Positions 37,863 through 51,297 of a stretch of DNA of 64,000 nucleotides are shown here, piece after piece (positions within the stretch are counted from its first letter, which is position 1; every line of letters begins with the position of its first letter). The stretch is from positions 1 through 64,000 of the forward strand of contig MU006100.1 of NCBI GenBank assembly GCA_010093705.1. The letters are read 5' to 3'. The notes under the pieces are model-generated. The model searched no databases, was not told where the DNA came from, and worked only from the letters and a program-made list of their open reading frames with translations. Both the position numbers and the translations under genes were made by a program. Source of the stretch: Patellaria atrata CBS 101060. Taxonomy: Eukaryota.

Positions 37863-39894
37863 ATGAATGTAAATCTTCAGTATCAGGTGCATTCAAGCGA
37901 CATACTTACACCTGTGGGAAATCTATCCTTCGACGACGATGCAAAAGAATATCTCGACCGTATTCAAAAGCGTTCCCATGTTTTATTCAATGGCAAGACC
38001 AATTTTGATGTACGGTTAACGCGAATTCGATGCAAGAGTACAGAGATCATTCACCGCAGTGGAATTGCTGAATCTGAATCAGTAGAAGAGATTTCTTTTG
38101 ATAGACCATCGCTTTCCTTCATAAAGGATGAGTATGAATTAGACGAGCACTTGAAAAAATCAAGCGAGGATCTATATAGAGTGATGTGAAAATACCAGCT
38201 CTAATAATTAACAAATTGTACTGACTCAATTGCAGATCCTTCTCTCAAGAGTTTTCACTTGACCCATTATCATGTACAAAAGAAGCAATGATGGTGACGA
38301 TAAGAGACTGTAGAGTCCCACTTATGTTTTTCGATGTATTACTCAAATTTGGAAATCAGGAGCAAGTTTTCGATGAGTCCTCAGGATTCAGACAGGCTTG
38401 TCAACGCTCGGAAAGCTCATTCGGTAAGAAGCTTCAAGACCCTCTATCCACTAGGCCATCCAAACTCTTGATCGAAAATGAACCAACTGAATTTACCTTG
38501 GATAGAGATTTCCTATCAACTGATGTACGTTGAGCCAAATGGTCGACGTCTTGGGAGAGACCCTTGGTCATATCGTCAAACCGGACTCTACCATCGATAC
38601 CAGGCAAAAGGAAGCACCAATATATTTGTTCTATTGCATCCTAAATCGGACTCGGTCGTTCAACAACGAATCGAATCATGCTCACGAAGTCCAGAAGAGA
38701 AACAATCCCTTGCTGAACATCCGATGTACTTGCATTTGATCATTTTAAAATCTTACACTGCACATTGGCAAAGTTATATCGAGGACCTAGCAGATGGTCT
38801 AGCTAAGATTGTACGTCACAATTCTATACTCAAATTTCGGCCGCTAAAAGTTAAGTAGAGAAGTCGCATCTTAGTTCTGAATGTCCGAGAATCGCATTTC
38901 CAACCAGAAAAACTGCAAACCCTCCGTAATCTTGAGGACAAAATCTCATGTAAAGCATTGAGGTGTTTAAGAAGCACCGTGAAGCTTGTTCAAACACTAA
39001 AGGAGTTGAACGTAGGGCTCGAGGGAAACAAAGACTTGGAATTTGAGGAGAAGACCAAACAAGTTCATCAAGCGTTTCGATTGATCATTCACCGTCTCGA
39101 AGGCCATATAAATGCTGCCGAGATGCTAGCTGAAAGGATTCAGTCGACTATAGGTTTGGTGAGTTTTCACAGAGTTCAAAAGAAATCGTGCTCGGTGACT
39201 TGATAACCGAACGCGGAGAGGCCTTACTTCAAGTGTGACCCATTCCATTTTTTAGTAATCCTTTGATACTAACATACCCTTAGTTTAGAGATCTCCTTGA
39301 TCTTCAAAACCAAGCGGCGTCAGACAAACTGGACAACCACATGCTGAAATTGACCCGAGAAAGCGTCGACGATAACGCCACTGTCCGTGTGATCACATTC
39401 GTTACCTTAATATATCTCCCTGCGTCATTCATGGCCGTAAGCTTCAAACTCTATTTTCTGCTAATCTACTTTTAAAAATCTCCGCTTAGTTCAACTGTTT
39501 ATCATTTCGGGCAAGGGTCTTTCGGCTATCTTCACTTAGCTTGTTTATTTTATTGTCAAGATACGTGTTATTGGGCATTTCTCTTCTTTACATCATCTAA
39601 ACTGTACCTTCCATCGGCCAATTACTTATCAAGTTCTTTCCATCAATATTGATAATTACTTGTCTGTTATCCATAACATTCTCTAACACACCCCAGACAC
39701 TCCTAGGGATGAACCTCTTCGATTTCGATTCTGACGACAACGGTACTCTAAAAATCTCACCCTGGTTCTGGGTCTATATTGCTGCAACGTTGCCACTGAC
39801 TATCATGACGGTCGGCGGATGGTACCTCTTCAAAAGACGACATTCGCGGGAACGGAAGAATAAGGACGTGGAGGATTCGAGGAGGGAGGGATAG
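37863..39894 (+). CDS. Fungal CorA-like domain protein with two C-terminal TM helices and GMN motif
   Basis: Introns 38186-38235 (weak donor), 38424-38505, 38811-38858, 39159-39283, 39437-39696. Spliced product has FFDVLLKFG, DPWSYRQTGLYH, VRVITFVTLIYLPASFMA|TLLGMNLF and FWVYIAATLPLTIMTVGGW. The start is uncertain: a branch site and acceptor at 37858-37880 suggest an upstream exon. Confidence 0.82.
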
Positions 39895-40523
39895 GGTATA
39901 AAAGGTGTTGAAAATTAGTAGATATCATGAAGGCGGTTTTGTGCGTAGATATCGTTCTACTTGCGTACATAAATTTCGAATATACTTTTTAATTTTTTAT
40001 TCTGAGCGTGAGTATCATATTCCTATGATGAGCGTGACTATGAGGATATTTCATATTGTGAGATTTTGACTAGAAGGCGGAATATGAGTTGGGTTAATAT
40101 TATAATCGCCTCGTCCTTTTTTTTCAATTTTAATATTTAAGCAGATGGTCCCTAACTGGGTACAGACAACATACCAGATCACCTTGGACAATCCACACCA
40201 ATAACACCTTAGAGAGGGGAAAGAAGTCATAGAAACCCTATCAACCTCCCGTAATCAATATCTCTCTCTGTGATAATGATTAAATAGAGCTCATATTGTT
40301 TATAACCCTCCTTCACATGCATTCAGTACAGTACAATCCAAGCAGCAAATCTTCCACCAAAATTTAGTAAAGCCATTAGCGGCATCAACTTAATTGTTTC
40401 CTTGGAATGACGATAACATCGAAATTACCTGATTCGAATCCGAACCCCTTGGATTGGGCTTGCCATATCTATAAATCTTCGGTTAAGCATGAGAAGGGGT
40501 GGACTTCTCCACAAACACCAGTG

Positions 40524-41186
40524 TCATTCCACAACCGCCGTCTTATAACTTGGTAACCTTTCCGTACGGCTAGTTCCCTCCCCTAAGCTTTCCCCCTGCT
40601 CAGGAATCTCGGGCAGGAAGGCGGGCTGCGCAATGACACTGCTGCGCGCCACAACCGCAGGGAGCGGGGACCAGACTCGCGGGACGGGTATCGCTTGCTC
40701 GCCGACATCCATTTCCCCTTTCTCTGCCTCATAACCCACCTTCTTCTGCTCTTTCTCTTCACCCTCCCTGATGATACCAGTCTCGAGTTCTGTAAGCCTC
40801 GTCAACATCAACCCCGGGACGTCCTCGGAGATGGGTAAGCCGGGTTTTGCTTTTCCGACTCGCCAGACTCTCCACATCCGCATGAGGGTGTGTCTCTTTA
40901 CGGCCCATAGTAGTCCTAGACCGACGGTAACAAGGATGCCGATGCTGAGCCAGACGGTTGCTGCTATGGAGAGTGGTATGGATCGCGTGTGGGCTTCGGT
41001 TGCGAGGGTTGTAGTTGCAGCTGGGGCTGGGGTTGAGGAGGAAGAGGAAGAGGGGATGAAGGAGGTGGAAAATGTGGAGGAGAGCTTGAGTGTGAAGAAG
41101 GCGGTAGGTGTTGAAGGTGTGAGGGTGGTAGTGGGAAGGGTAAGTGTGACGAGGGTTGTTGGTGTTGGTGGGATTAATGTCGTCAT
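40524..41186 (-). CDS. Hypothetical single-pass membrane protein (Ser/Thr-rich N-terminus, TM helix, C-terminal LPSY)
   Basis: 220-aa ORF. Hydrophobic IAATVWLSIGILVTVGLGLLWAV is followed by basic residues. Confidence 0.6.
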   Translation of the reverse strand: MTTLIPPTPTTLVTLTLPTTTLTPSTPTAFFTLKLSSTFSTSFIPSSSSSSTPAPAATTTLATEAHTRSIPLSIAATVWLSIGILVTVGLGLLWAVKRHTLMRMWRVWRVGKAKPGLPISEDVPGLMLTRLTELETGIIREGEEKEQKKVGYEAEKGEMDVGEQAIPVPRVWSPLPAVVARSSVIAQPAFLPEIPEQGESLGEGTSRTERLPSYKTAVVE

Positions 41187-43440
41187 TGCGGTGTTTTGTG
41201 TGTTTATACTTTTGTGGATTGGATATGTTGATTTGGACGAGAAACGATATACTTACTCTTTTGATTATTTTAGTTTTGATACTCGCCCACAGAGCAGTTC
41301 TAATATGCAGAGATTTAGTTAAGAAGTTGGCGTTGAGGAATGAACCTGATATTTGAGTGTAGTGCTTCTTGTTACTAGTCTAGGCCTCGCACTTTGGAAA
41401 CAAAGACTCAAAGTTTGGGTGTTTCAAGATTAAATTAGGCTATGAGATAACAATAGATGAAAGTGAGGCTAAATTTGACCATAAGATAACAAAGAAGTTA
41501 CAGGGACATGCACAAGGCGTTGTCCTCGACGGAAAGCATCGTACTGGAAACTTGGAAACAGAAAGAGCATCGGGACTTAATATTGACTCTTTAAGGGAAC
41601 TGAAGTTAATTGAGTGCTATGGCCGAAATGATAGTATTAGGATTGAGAATGGCTCGAGGACTAGGAGAAAGAGTAGATTACTCAGATGCACGAATATCTC
41701 GTACTCAGTCGAAAGACGAGTAGAGAGAAAGTTTGAGATTCAAAGGAGCTTCATATCACAACTCTGTCGGCCGTCACCTTGTATTCAAGTATAAAAATTT
41801 AGCTATGAAATGTTTCTCAATGCTGCTAGCGTATAGTACTATATGTGGTAGTCATCATCATACGAAAGAACACACCCCCCTTGGGTACTGCGCTCTTGAA
41901 TCCGAACATTTTATGTCCCTCGTTTCCCTGTACTTATTGGTATACGGTTCTGATTGATGGGTGTTGATTTAAGGTTGTCAATAACAAAAGTCGACTTATC
42001 CAAGGTAGGTCGCACCGAGGCCCACCTATTTTAGGAAAACGCGACTCGGATCGGATTCGGCCCGGTAACCCTCAGCTTTGATATATCGCCGGTTGGTAGC
42101 TTGTTGATTTATATGAAAGATGATTTCGAAAGAAACAGGAGAAGAAATTATTTCCTATGCAAGATATTTCAACGCTGGATTTCACGTAGCTGTAAAGTTG
42201 TGGCTACGTGCGCGATAATAATAATGATATTATCACAGTATTGCTTAATTGCAACAGCAAAAATATAAGATGAAAGTTAGAATGGAGGCTGAATATGCGG
42301 GAGAATAAGAGACGAATCAAAATATTTCTAATTTAGGAATTCAACACTAGGTCCGCATTCCGCACTCTCGGAGAAAATCCTAGGATTACGCAGGGAGATG
42401 CTACTTGTGGCAGTATACGTGTTCATGATGCTGTACAAGTACAAGTATTTATCTGGAGAAGGAAATCTCCATGGGAGGGCTGATAAGGCATGCTCGTTTA
42501 TAGGAAAGCGGAGGCCGATGCGACGTCAGCTAAACCAGTTACAGCATGCTTATGCAAGTAAGAGCAACGTCGTTGGTGAGATATGATCCCTCGCTTCGGT
42601 GCGGGTCGGGGACATTCAGCTAGAAGTAGTAGGGAATAATGATTAGCGTGATTCCAGAAATTCTTACTGATGAGCTGCTGAAGGCTGGGTGTCTCATCGC
42701 TGTTACCCAAAGAAATCCGGGCGGTGTCGTAAAGAAGATTTGGAACACCGTATGGAGCACACACAAAAGTACCGTCGCTGGGATTTTCGTGTAGCTATAA
42801 CAAGTCAAGAAGGTATCTACAATGCTAAAGTGGGCGAAACAGTGACTTTACGAAAGCCGAGGCGAGACTCTGGTCCAGAAGGCCTTAATGTATATTCAGC
42901 GGCGAGTCGGGAAGACTTTGACATGCAGTACCCGGCATACCGGATTTGAAACGGTCATGATTGGCGTATTACATGATGCAGTTTCCACTACTGTCCGTAC
43001 TGTCGCCATGATCCAAGGGCCTTTGGGTTCTGTTGGCTCTGAAGAGCCCTGGAACTGTGGCCTCTGGAAGGGTACATACAGTAGTAGTCATCACAGATCA
43101 CAGCTACTTGTACGCTTCGGCCCTATCATATTGGTGTGTGGCAAAGGTATTTAACAATTGGCTTTGTTTAGCAGAAGCCGGGAAGAATCCAGGATGCGAA
43201 CGGCTTCGGAGATTGAGCCATGTTCTGATTGTATATTTTTCAAAGTGTCCAAAGAAAATGTAGGCAAAAAAGAGAATCAAATGACGAAGGCAAAAAATGA
43301 TATATTACAAGTGAGGTGGTCTTTACCTTTTATCGATATTCTGACCGTGCGCAAGCCGCGGGGGAGGCAGGTCGTTGAATTTGGGGGGATACTCATAGTC
43401 TTGGCGCTTTAGGAAGCCGCTAGTTAAAACAGTCTTAATT

Positions 43441-43651
43441 CTAGGACCCTGGCAAAAATTTTGGTTTTTTTTTTGACCGCTGCCACAAGAAACGCATAAA
43501 AACCCTTCCAGCCCACTTTCTTCCTTACATTCTAAAAACTCTCTCCCCTCACTTTTTGTGGTGCTTCTTCTCTTCCTTTTCTTCCCTTTTTCAGTTTCTT
43601 TATACCCTTTTAAGTTCGATAGATAGCGCCCTTTGCGCTATTAGGAGTAGA
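43441..43651 (+). promoter_or_regulatory. eEF3 upstream region: RRPE-like AAAAATTTT, pyrimidine-rich leader, short hairpin before ATG
   Basis: GCAAAAATTTTT at ~43452; C/T-rich 43500-43610; ATAGCGC-CCTTT-GCGCTAT at 43623-43641. Confidence 0.4.
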
Positions 43652-46600
43652 ATGGCTCCCTCTATCGAAGCCGCAGCCCACACCGCTGCTAACATCAAGT
43701 CCGAAAATTCAAAGTCCGTCAAGGTTCTGGAGGAGCTTCTCAAGAAGCTTACGGTATCGAAACAACAAGATGAAATTAACGCCTCTTCTCTCGATCTTGC
43801 TACATTCATCAACGGCGACATTGAGGAGAAAGATGCCCCCACACAGTAAGTTTTGCACCCGCTTCGCCCTCGGAAAAGTTTTCGCCCCATTGGTATTTGA
43901 CTATTTCTATATTCTAACGATCATTCTAGAGCCGTTGAATTGCTGAAGAAGCAACTCGGCAACAAGAAGGATGCTTTGGCGCGAGAGCGTGCGTTGGACG
44001 CTATCCGGGCTATTGCTCAACATTCCACCGTCTCTCCCTCCGTCGAACCATACCTTGTCGTCCTTCTTCCCAATGTCCTCGCCGCAGTTGGTGATAAGAT
44101 GACCTCGGTCAAGAACGCTGCCCAGACTACCGCACTCGCCATCGTTGGTGCTACAAACGCCAATGCCGTCAAGGCTGTTCTTCCTCCCATCCTGCACTCT
44201 CTAAAAAATGCTCAGAAATGGCAAGAGAAGATGACTGATCTGCAATGCATTGAAGCTCTTTGCGTCAGTGCACCAGCTCAGCTATCTTTCCGTGTCCCAG
44301 ATCTTATTCCCGCCGTTTCCGAGGCTATGTGGGACACAAAACCTGAGGTCAAGAAGGCTGCATACGGAACAATGGAGAAAGTTTGCGCTCTTATCGTCAA
44401 TAAGGATATTGAACGCTTCATTCCGGAGTTGATCAAGTGTATCGCTAAACCAGAGAATGTTCCCGAGACCGTTCACTTGCTAGGTGCTACTACTTTCGTT
44501 ACCGATGTTCACGAGCCAACCCTCGCCATTATGGTTCCTCTCCTAGAGCGTGGTCTCGTTGAACGCGAGACTGCTATCAAGCGTAAATCCGCCGTCATCG
44601 TTGACAACATGTGCAAGCTTGTCGAGGATCCTCAAATCGTCGCTCCTTTCTTGCCGAAGATGATGCCAGCTCTTACTAAGAACTTTGAGACCATCGCCGA
44701 CCCTGAGGCGCGTGAGAAGACCAAGCAAGGTCTCGATACCCTCACTCGTGTTGGTGCAGTCAAGGACGGTAAGATTCCAGAGGTTTCCAGGGCTGGTGAT
44801 ATCGGTACCGTGTTGGCTATGCTTAAGCAGATCCTTTCTTCAGCCAAGCACAAGGATGTTGCTGAATCTGCTAAATTCGAACCAATTCTTTCATATATTT
44901 CTGCTGTTGCTGGCCAACTCATTGATGAGAAGGTCACTGATCAGCTCGACTGGGTCACCAACGCTTCTCCCTACATTAACGCAGTCATTGGTGACGAAGA
45001 TACTAAGAACGTTGCGGATACCCTCAGAAAGCGTTCTTCACCCGGCATCGAAGAGGAAGACGTTCCAGAACCAGATGAGGAAGAAGGCGAGGATCTCTGC
45101 AACTGCACTTTCAACTTAGCCTACGGTGCCAAGATTCTCCTCAACCAAACTCATTTGCGTCTCAAACGTGGTCAACGCTATGGTCTTCTTGGGCCCAATG
45201 GTTCAGGCAAGACTACCCTCATGCGTGCCATCAATAACGAACAAGTTGAAGGTTTCCCCAAGCAGAGCGAAGTCAAGACTGTTTATGTAGAACACGATCT
45301 CGATTCTGCTGATACTGAGCAGACTGTCATTGGCTGGACTATGAAGAAGCTCGAGTCAGTTGGCATCAAGAAGGATCAAGCAGATGTCGAGGCCAAGCTC
45401 ATCGAGTTCGGTTTCGTCAAGGAGCAACTCGATTCCGCCATCACCTCTCTTTCTGGTGGTTGGAAGATGAAGCTTGCTCTTGCTCGTGCTGTGTTTGAGG
45501 AGCCCGATATCCTGCTTCTTGACGAACCTACCAATCACTTGGACGTCAAGAATGTTGCTTGGTTAGAACAATACCTAGTCAACTCTCCTTGCACATCCAT
45601 CATTATCTCCCACGACAGCAAGTTCTTGGATAACGTCATTCAGCATGTTATCCACTACGAGCGCTTCAAGCTCAAGAGATATCGTGGTAACCTCAGCGAG
45701 TTCGTCAAACGTGTGCCGTCAGCAAGGTCTTACCATGAGCTTTCCGCGACCGATATGGAATTCAAGTTCCCTGAACCCGGTTTCCTTGAAGGTGTTAAGA
45801 CTAAGGCGAAGGCCATCGTCCGTGTCAACAAGATGAGCTTTCAATACCCAGGCACCTCAAAACCTCAAATCTCCGACATCACCTTCCAATGTTCGCTCGG
45901 CTCTCGTATTGCTGTCATTGGTCCCAATGGTGCTGGCAAATCCACTCTTGTCAACGTCTTGACTGGTGAGCTTATTCCCACATCTGGTGATGTTTATCAA
46001 CACGAGAACATCCGTATTGCATACATTAAGCAGCATGCCTTCGCACATATCGATCATCATCTCGACAAGACTCCTTCTGAGTACATTCAATGGCGTTTCC
46101 AGACCGGTGAGGATCGCGAGACTATGGATCGTGCAAATAAGATCATCACCGATGAGGATGAGAAGGCCATGGACCACATCTACAAGATCGAAGGATCTCA
46201 GAGACGTGTCATTGGCATCCACTCGCGTAGAAAGTACAAGAACTCCTACGAATACGAGTGCTCGTTCGCCCTAGGTGAGAACGTCGGCCAGAAAAACGAG
46301 AAGTGGACTCCTATGATGACTGCCGATAACGCTTGGATTCCTCGCTCTGAAATCCTTGCGACCCACGGTAAGATGGTCGCGGATGTCGATCAGAAGGAAG
46401 CCCTTGCAAGCGGTCAATTCCGTCCCCTTGTCCGCAAGGAAATTGAGTCTCATGCCGCCAACTTTGGTCTCGACGCTGAGCTCGTCTCCCACTCCCGTAT
46501 GCGTGGTCTCTCTGGTGGTCAGCGTGTGAAGGTCGTCCTTGCCGCTTGCTCATGGCAACGTCCTCACTTGATCGTTCTCGACGAACCTACTAACTACCTT

Positions 46601-46948
46601 GACCGTGACTCGCTTGGTGCATTGTCAAATGCACTGAAATCATTCGAAGGTGGTGTCATTATCATCACTCACTCCGCTGAGTTCACAAAGGGTCTCACTG
46701 AGGAAGTCTGGGCTGTCGTTGACGGCAAGATGACCCCATCTGGCCACAACTGGGTTCAAGGTCAAGGAAGCGGGCCCAGGCTGAGCGCGAAAGATGATGA
46801 GGAGGAGAGGTTCGATGCCATGGGTAACAAGATCGATGCCGGTCCCAAGAAGAAGAAGCTCACCAGCTCTGAAGCGAGAAAGAAGAAGAAGGAGCGCATG
46901 GCTCGCAGGAAGAGGGGTGAGGAGGTCTTCTCGGATGAGGATGAGTAG
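43652..46948 (+). CDS. YEF3: Translation elongation factor 3 (eEF3)
   Basis: Exons 43652-43845 and 43930-46948. HEAT region, two ABC cassettes ([46 protein letters not shown]), chromo-like insert and basic tail. Confidence 0.98.
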
Positions 46949-47987
46949 ACGAATGGTATGAACGGAACAGAACAACATTTTCCCTTACATTCCTATGTGA
47001 TACTTTCTTTATTAAGCTGCATGCATACCCTCTAGTTATTCTTTCGCGGAGGGAAAAGTTTATGTATGGGTTAATAGACCTCTACCACTACACGAAGATA
47101 ATGTGGATGGGCTAATTGGGAGGCGTCTGGGTATGGGTTCGATATGTTTGTGCATGAGTTCTATGATTGATGCTAGAGATAGAATAGAGAGGTGAAAATA
47201 GACATAGAGTCTTCTCAAATCCACATTCGACTTGATATAACTATGTGATAGTCCTCATCTGAATGCTAGTTGAATTACTTTATATCTTTTGTAAGGTAGT
47301 GCTCAGTTGCATCTTTCCCAGTGATATCATGGTTATATAGTTGCATTTCCTCCCTCTACTACAAAGCCTCAATCCCTTGGTTTCTACTTAGAATTGCAAG
47401 CCGACTATCTTTCCATCCATCATTTGAGCACTAACGTCATGTTCCGTACACACTCAGAACTTCTACGAGATTCAACGGAGCCTTCAACTCATCGCTCCTA
47501 ATATTGAGAATATATCATTCAAAGAGTCTCTATACCCAAGTTATCGAGTATCTGATGTCCCCTGGGGAAGATGTGATGGAATATATATAGTAGATATTGT
47601 AATGTACACCGGCCTGGGGACGCCACAAGCGAAGGCTGATGACTCTTGACTCTTCGCCCCTCACCTTGACATACGGTACAATACACCCCCCGCTAACCTA
47701 AGGTAACTGGGACGCACACACAAACGCCTATCAACGCTTTTTTACATCCGTCACTGTTTTTTTTGACGTGAATCTATTTTGCCACTACCTCGACCACATC
47801 TATTTCCTACCATTCTCTTTCAATCCTCGCTCACACCACTTCCATCAACCTAAAACGCCTCCTCCGATATCACCGTCTTCCTTGTCAGATTCGTCCCCTT
47901 CAGCCTTTAATTAGGTTATCATCCACCAAAAAGAACTATACTCTTAGCATACCTCCTCTCACTTACTGAATAGCTGTTAACCTCAAC

Positions 47988-50900
47988 ATGGCGCCCAAGA
48001 ACAAGAAGAAGCAGCAGAATGATGACTGGGAGGCGGAACTTGGAGAGTCGATTGCCACAAATGGAAACAGCACACCTGCCCCGGAACCAGAAGCAGCCAA
48101 TACCCCTGCTGATGATAACGTTGGAGGGGGTGGTGGAGGCCTCATGGCCACTTTGAGGAAACAAAAAAATAAGAAAGGGAAGAATCAGCCAACGGAGCCA
48201 CAGCCGGACCTAAGTTCAAAAGCACCCGAGGAGGATACACTCGGTGATAAAGATGATGTATTTGCTGCCCCGAAGAAAGGTGGTAAGAATACGAAGCAAG
48301 CACCTAAAGTTGAGGATTCGGTTGCAGGATCGGATGATGAGGCTGGGGGACACTTGAAGACGAAGAAGGAGAAAGAGAAAGAGAAAAAGGAACGAGAGAA
48401 GCAGCGTAAGAAGGAACAGGTTTGTTTCCATCTCAATCTAAAGCCATATCAAATTGAGTTGAAGTTTTCTAATCAAGAGTGTCGTTATAGGCTAAGAAGA
48501 AGGCTCCTGTAGTCGCTGCAAAGGCTGCGAAGCCTGCAGCACCGGTCCCTGAAGCCGTCCCTGAACCAGTAAGAGCCGCACCTGAACCAGCAGGAGGAAA
48601 GAAAAAGAAAGTTCCAGCTGCACTTGCCGCAATTCAGAGACAACAAGAATTAAAGAGACAGCAAGAAGAGGAGGCTGCTCGATTGAAGGCTGAAGAAGAG
48701 GCCAGATTAGCGGAAATTGAGAGACAAGAGGCTGAGGAAACAAAGAGAAAAGAGGAAGCTAAGGCTGCAAAAAAGCTCAAGGAGAAGCAAAAGATAGAAC
48801 AGCTCAAAAAGGAAGGGAAGTTCCTCACCAAAGCCCAGAGAGAAGAGAAACAGCGTAATGAAATGCGGTTAAAGCAGATGCTGGAGAGCGGTAGTGCTAA
48901 GGTGGCTGGCTTTGAAGGAGCAACTAAGAAGAAACCTGTTTACGACAGTAGGAAGAAAAAGGGACCTAAGAAGGATGCTAAATCTGAAGAACTTGCAGTT
49001 CAGGAAGCTACAGAGCAATTAGAGCAACTGAAGGTTGATGATAGTGCATCTGCCCCTGAACCGCCTACCGTGATTGAGGAAGCACAGCCAGAGAAGGCGG
49101 AGGAGAAAGCAGAAGCCAGTGATGAACTAGAAGACTGGGAGGCACAAGCAGATGCTATGGACGGTGTAAAAGACAGCTGGGATGCACCCAGTGACGAAGA
49201 TTCTACACCCAAGCAGACAAATGGTAGAACAACTGCTAAATCTGCGGTATCTACCTCTAAATCAGCACAAGCAGACTCCAATTCTGACTCCGACTCAGAG
49301 GAAGAATCATCAGAGGACGAAGAAGTTACAGCTGCTAAGAGAGCAGAAGCAGCACGGAAAGCCAAAGCAGCGGAAGCTAGGAAACAGCGGCATGAGGAAG
49401 CATTGGCAGCACGCTCCGTAGACAATCTCCGATCACCTATTTGCTGTATTCTTGGTCATGTCGATACTGGCAAGACTAAGCTTCTGGATAAGATTCGACA
49501 AACCAATGTTCAAGAAGGAGAAGCTGGTGGTATCACACAACAAATCGGTGCCACATACTTCCCAGTCGAAGCTCTGAAAAAGAAGACCGACGTCGTTAAC
49601 AGGGATGGCTCTTTCATCTTCAATGTACCTGGTCTTCTTGTTATTGATACCCCTGGTCACGAGTCCTTCACAAATCTACGCTCTCGTGGTTCGTCTCTCT
49701 GTAACATTGCTATTCTTGTCGTCGATATTATGCACGGTCTCGAACCACAGACACTAGAATCTATGCGCCTTTTGAGAGACAGAAAAACTCCTTTCATTGT
49801 CGCTCTCAACAAGATCGATCGACTGTACGACTGGAAGAAGGTCGACAACAACGGTTTCCAGGAAAGTTTGTCACTGCAAAAGAAGTCAGTGCAGGCTGAG
49901 TTCAGAGACCGTTTGGAAAGGACGAAGGTTGCTTTCGCGGAACAGGGATTCAATTCAGAGCTATACTACGAAAATAAGTCTATGGCTCGCAATGTCTCAC
50001 TTGTTCCCACTTCTGCCCATACGGGTGAAGGCATCCCTGATTTGATCAAGCTTCTTTGCAAACTTACCCAGGAGCGCATGACAAACAGCATCATGTATCT
50101 CTCTGAAGTTGAGTGTACTGTGCTCGAAGTTAAGGTTGTTGAAGGTCTTGGGACGACAATCGATGTCATCTTATCTAACGGTGTACTCAAAGAAGGCGAT
50201 AGAATAGTAATATGTGGTACCAACGGACCCATAGCAACGAACATACGAGCCCTACTTACCCCTGCCGAAATGAAGGAGTTACGAGTCAAATCTGCATACG
50301 TGCATAACAAGGAGGTCAAAGCTTCAATGGGTATCAAGATTGCAGCTGATGGTCTCGATCAAGCTATTGCTGGTTCTCGATTACTCGTTGTTGGTAAGGA
50401 TGACGATGAGGACGAGCTCGGAGACGAAGTTATGTCAGATATCGCAAACTTACTCTCTAAGATCAGCACCACTGGCCGCGGTGTTTCCGTTCACGCATCT
50501 ACGCTTGGTTCACTCGAAGCCCTTCTAGAGTTCCTACGAGTCTCGAAAGTTCCCGTTGCGAATATTGGCATCGGACCAGTATTCAAGCGTGACGTTATGC
50601 AAGCCGGTACCATGCTCGAAAAACAAAAAGAGTATGCCGTCATGCTGTGCTTTAACGTCAAGATCGATAAAGAGGCACAACAGTACGCAGACTCGGTTGG
50701 GGTTAAGATCTGGACAGCCGAGATTATCTATCATCTCTTCGACAAGTGGACAGCTCACATGAAAGAGTTATCTGCTCAGCGTAAAGAGGAGAGCAAGATG
50801 TTAGCCGTCTTTCCTTGTGTCCTGGCTCCCGTAGCTGTTTTCATGAAGAAAGATCCTATTGTTGTGGGGGTGGATGTTATTGAGGGTAATCTGAGGCTTA

Positions 50901-51297
50901 ATACGCCTATTTGCGCCATCAAACGAAATCCTGTCACCAAAGTCAAGGATATCATAAACCTTGGTAGAGTGTAAGTTTCTCCCATTCTTTCATCCATACA
51001 AACCTTGGATACCTAAACTCTACAAAGACAGCCTGCTAACATGCTCATAACAGTACCTCCATTGAGCGTGATCATAAACAAATCGACATCTGCAAAAAGG
51101 GGCAGCCGTCCGTAGCGGTTAAGATAGAGGGTCCAAATCAACCTCTCTATGGAAGACATCTTGAGGAAAAGGATACACTGTACAGTCTTATTTCGAGACA
51201 GAGTATTGATACTCTTAAGGACTTTTACAGGGATGAGGTTAGCAGGGATGAGTGGGCGCTTATCAAAAAGTTGAAGCCTGAGTTCGATATTCCTTAG
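47988..51297 (+). CDS. FUN12: Translation initiation factor eIF5B
   Basis: Exons 47988-48419, 48491-50970, 51054-51297. [44 protein letters not shown]; long K/E-rich N-terminus. Confidence 0.97.

Noticed and set aside
40425..40450. GATTCGAATC as tRNA T-loop / B-box
   Set aside because: No acceptor, D or anticodon stems could be formed around it.
40771..41322. 183-aa plus-strand ORF
   Set aside because: Antisense shadow of the low-complexity minus-strand TM gene; it has no motifs of its own.
41400..43430. Short ORFs between the TM gene and eEF3
   Set aside because: No recognisable domains or consistent splice structure; treated as intergenic.
43907..50997. Numerous antisense and alternate-frame ORFs within eEF3 and eIF5B
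   Set aside because: Expected by-products of strong codon bias in highly expressed genes.
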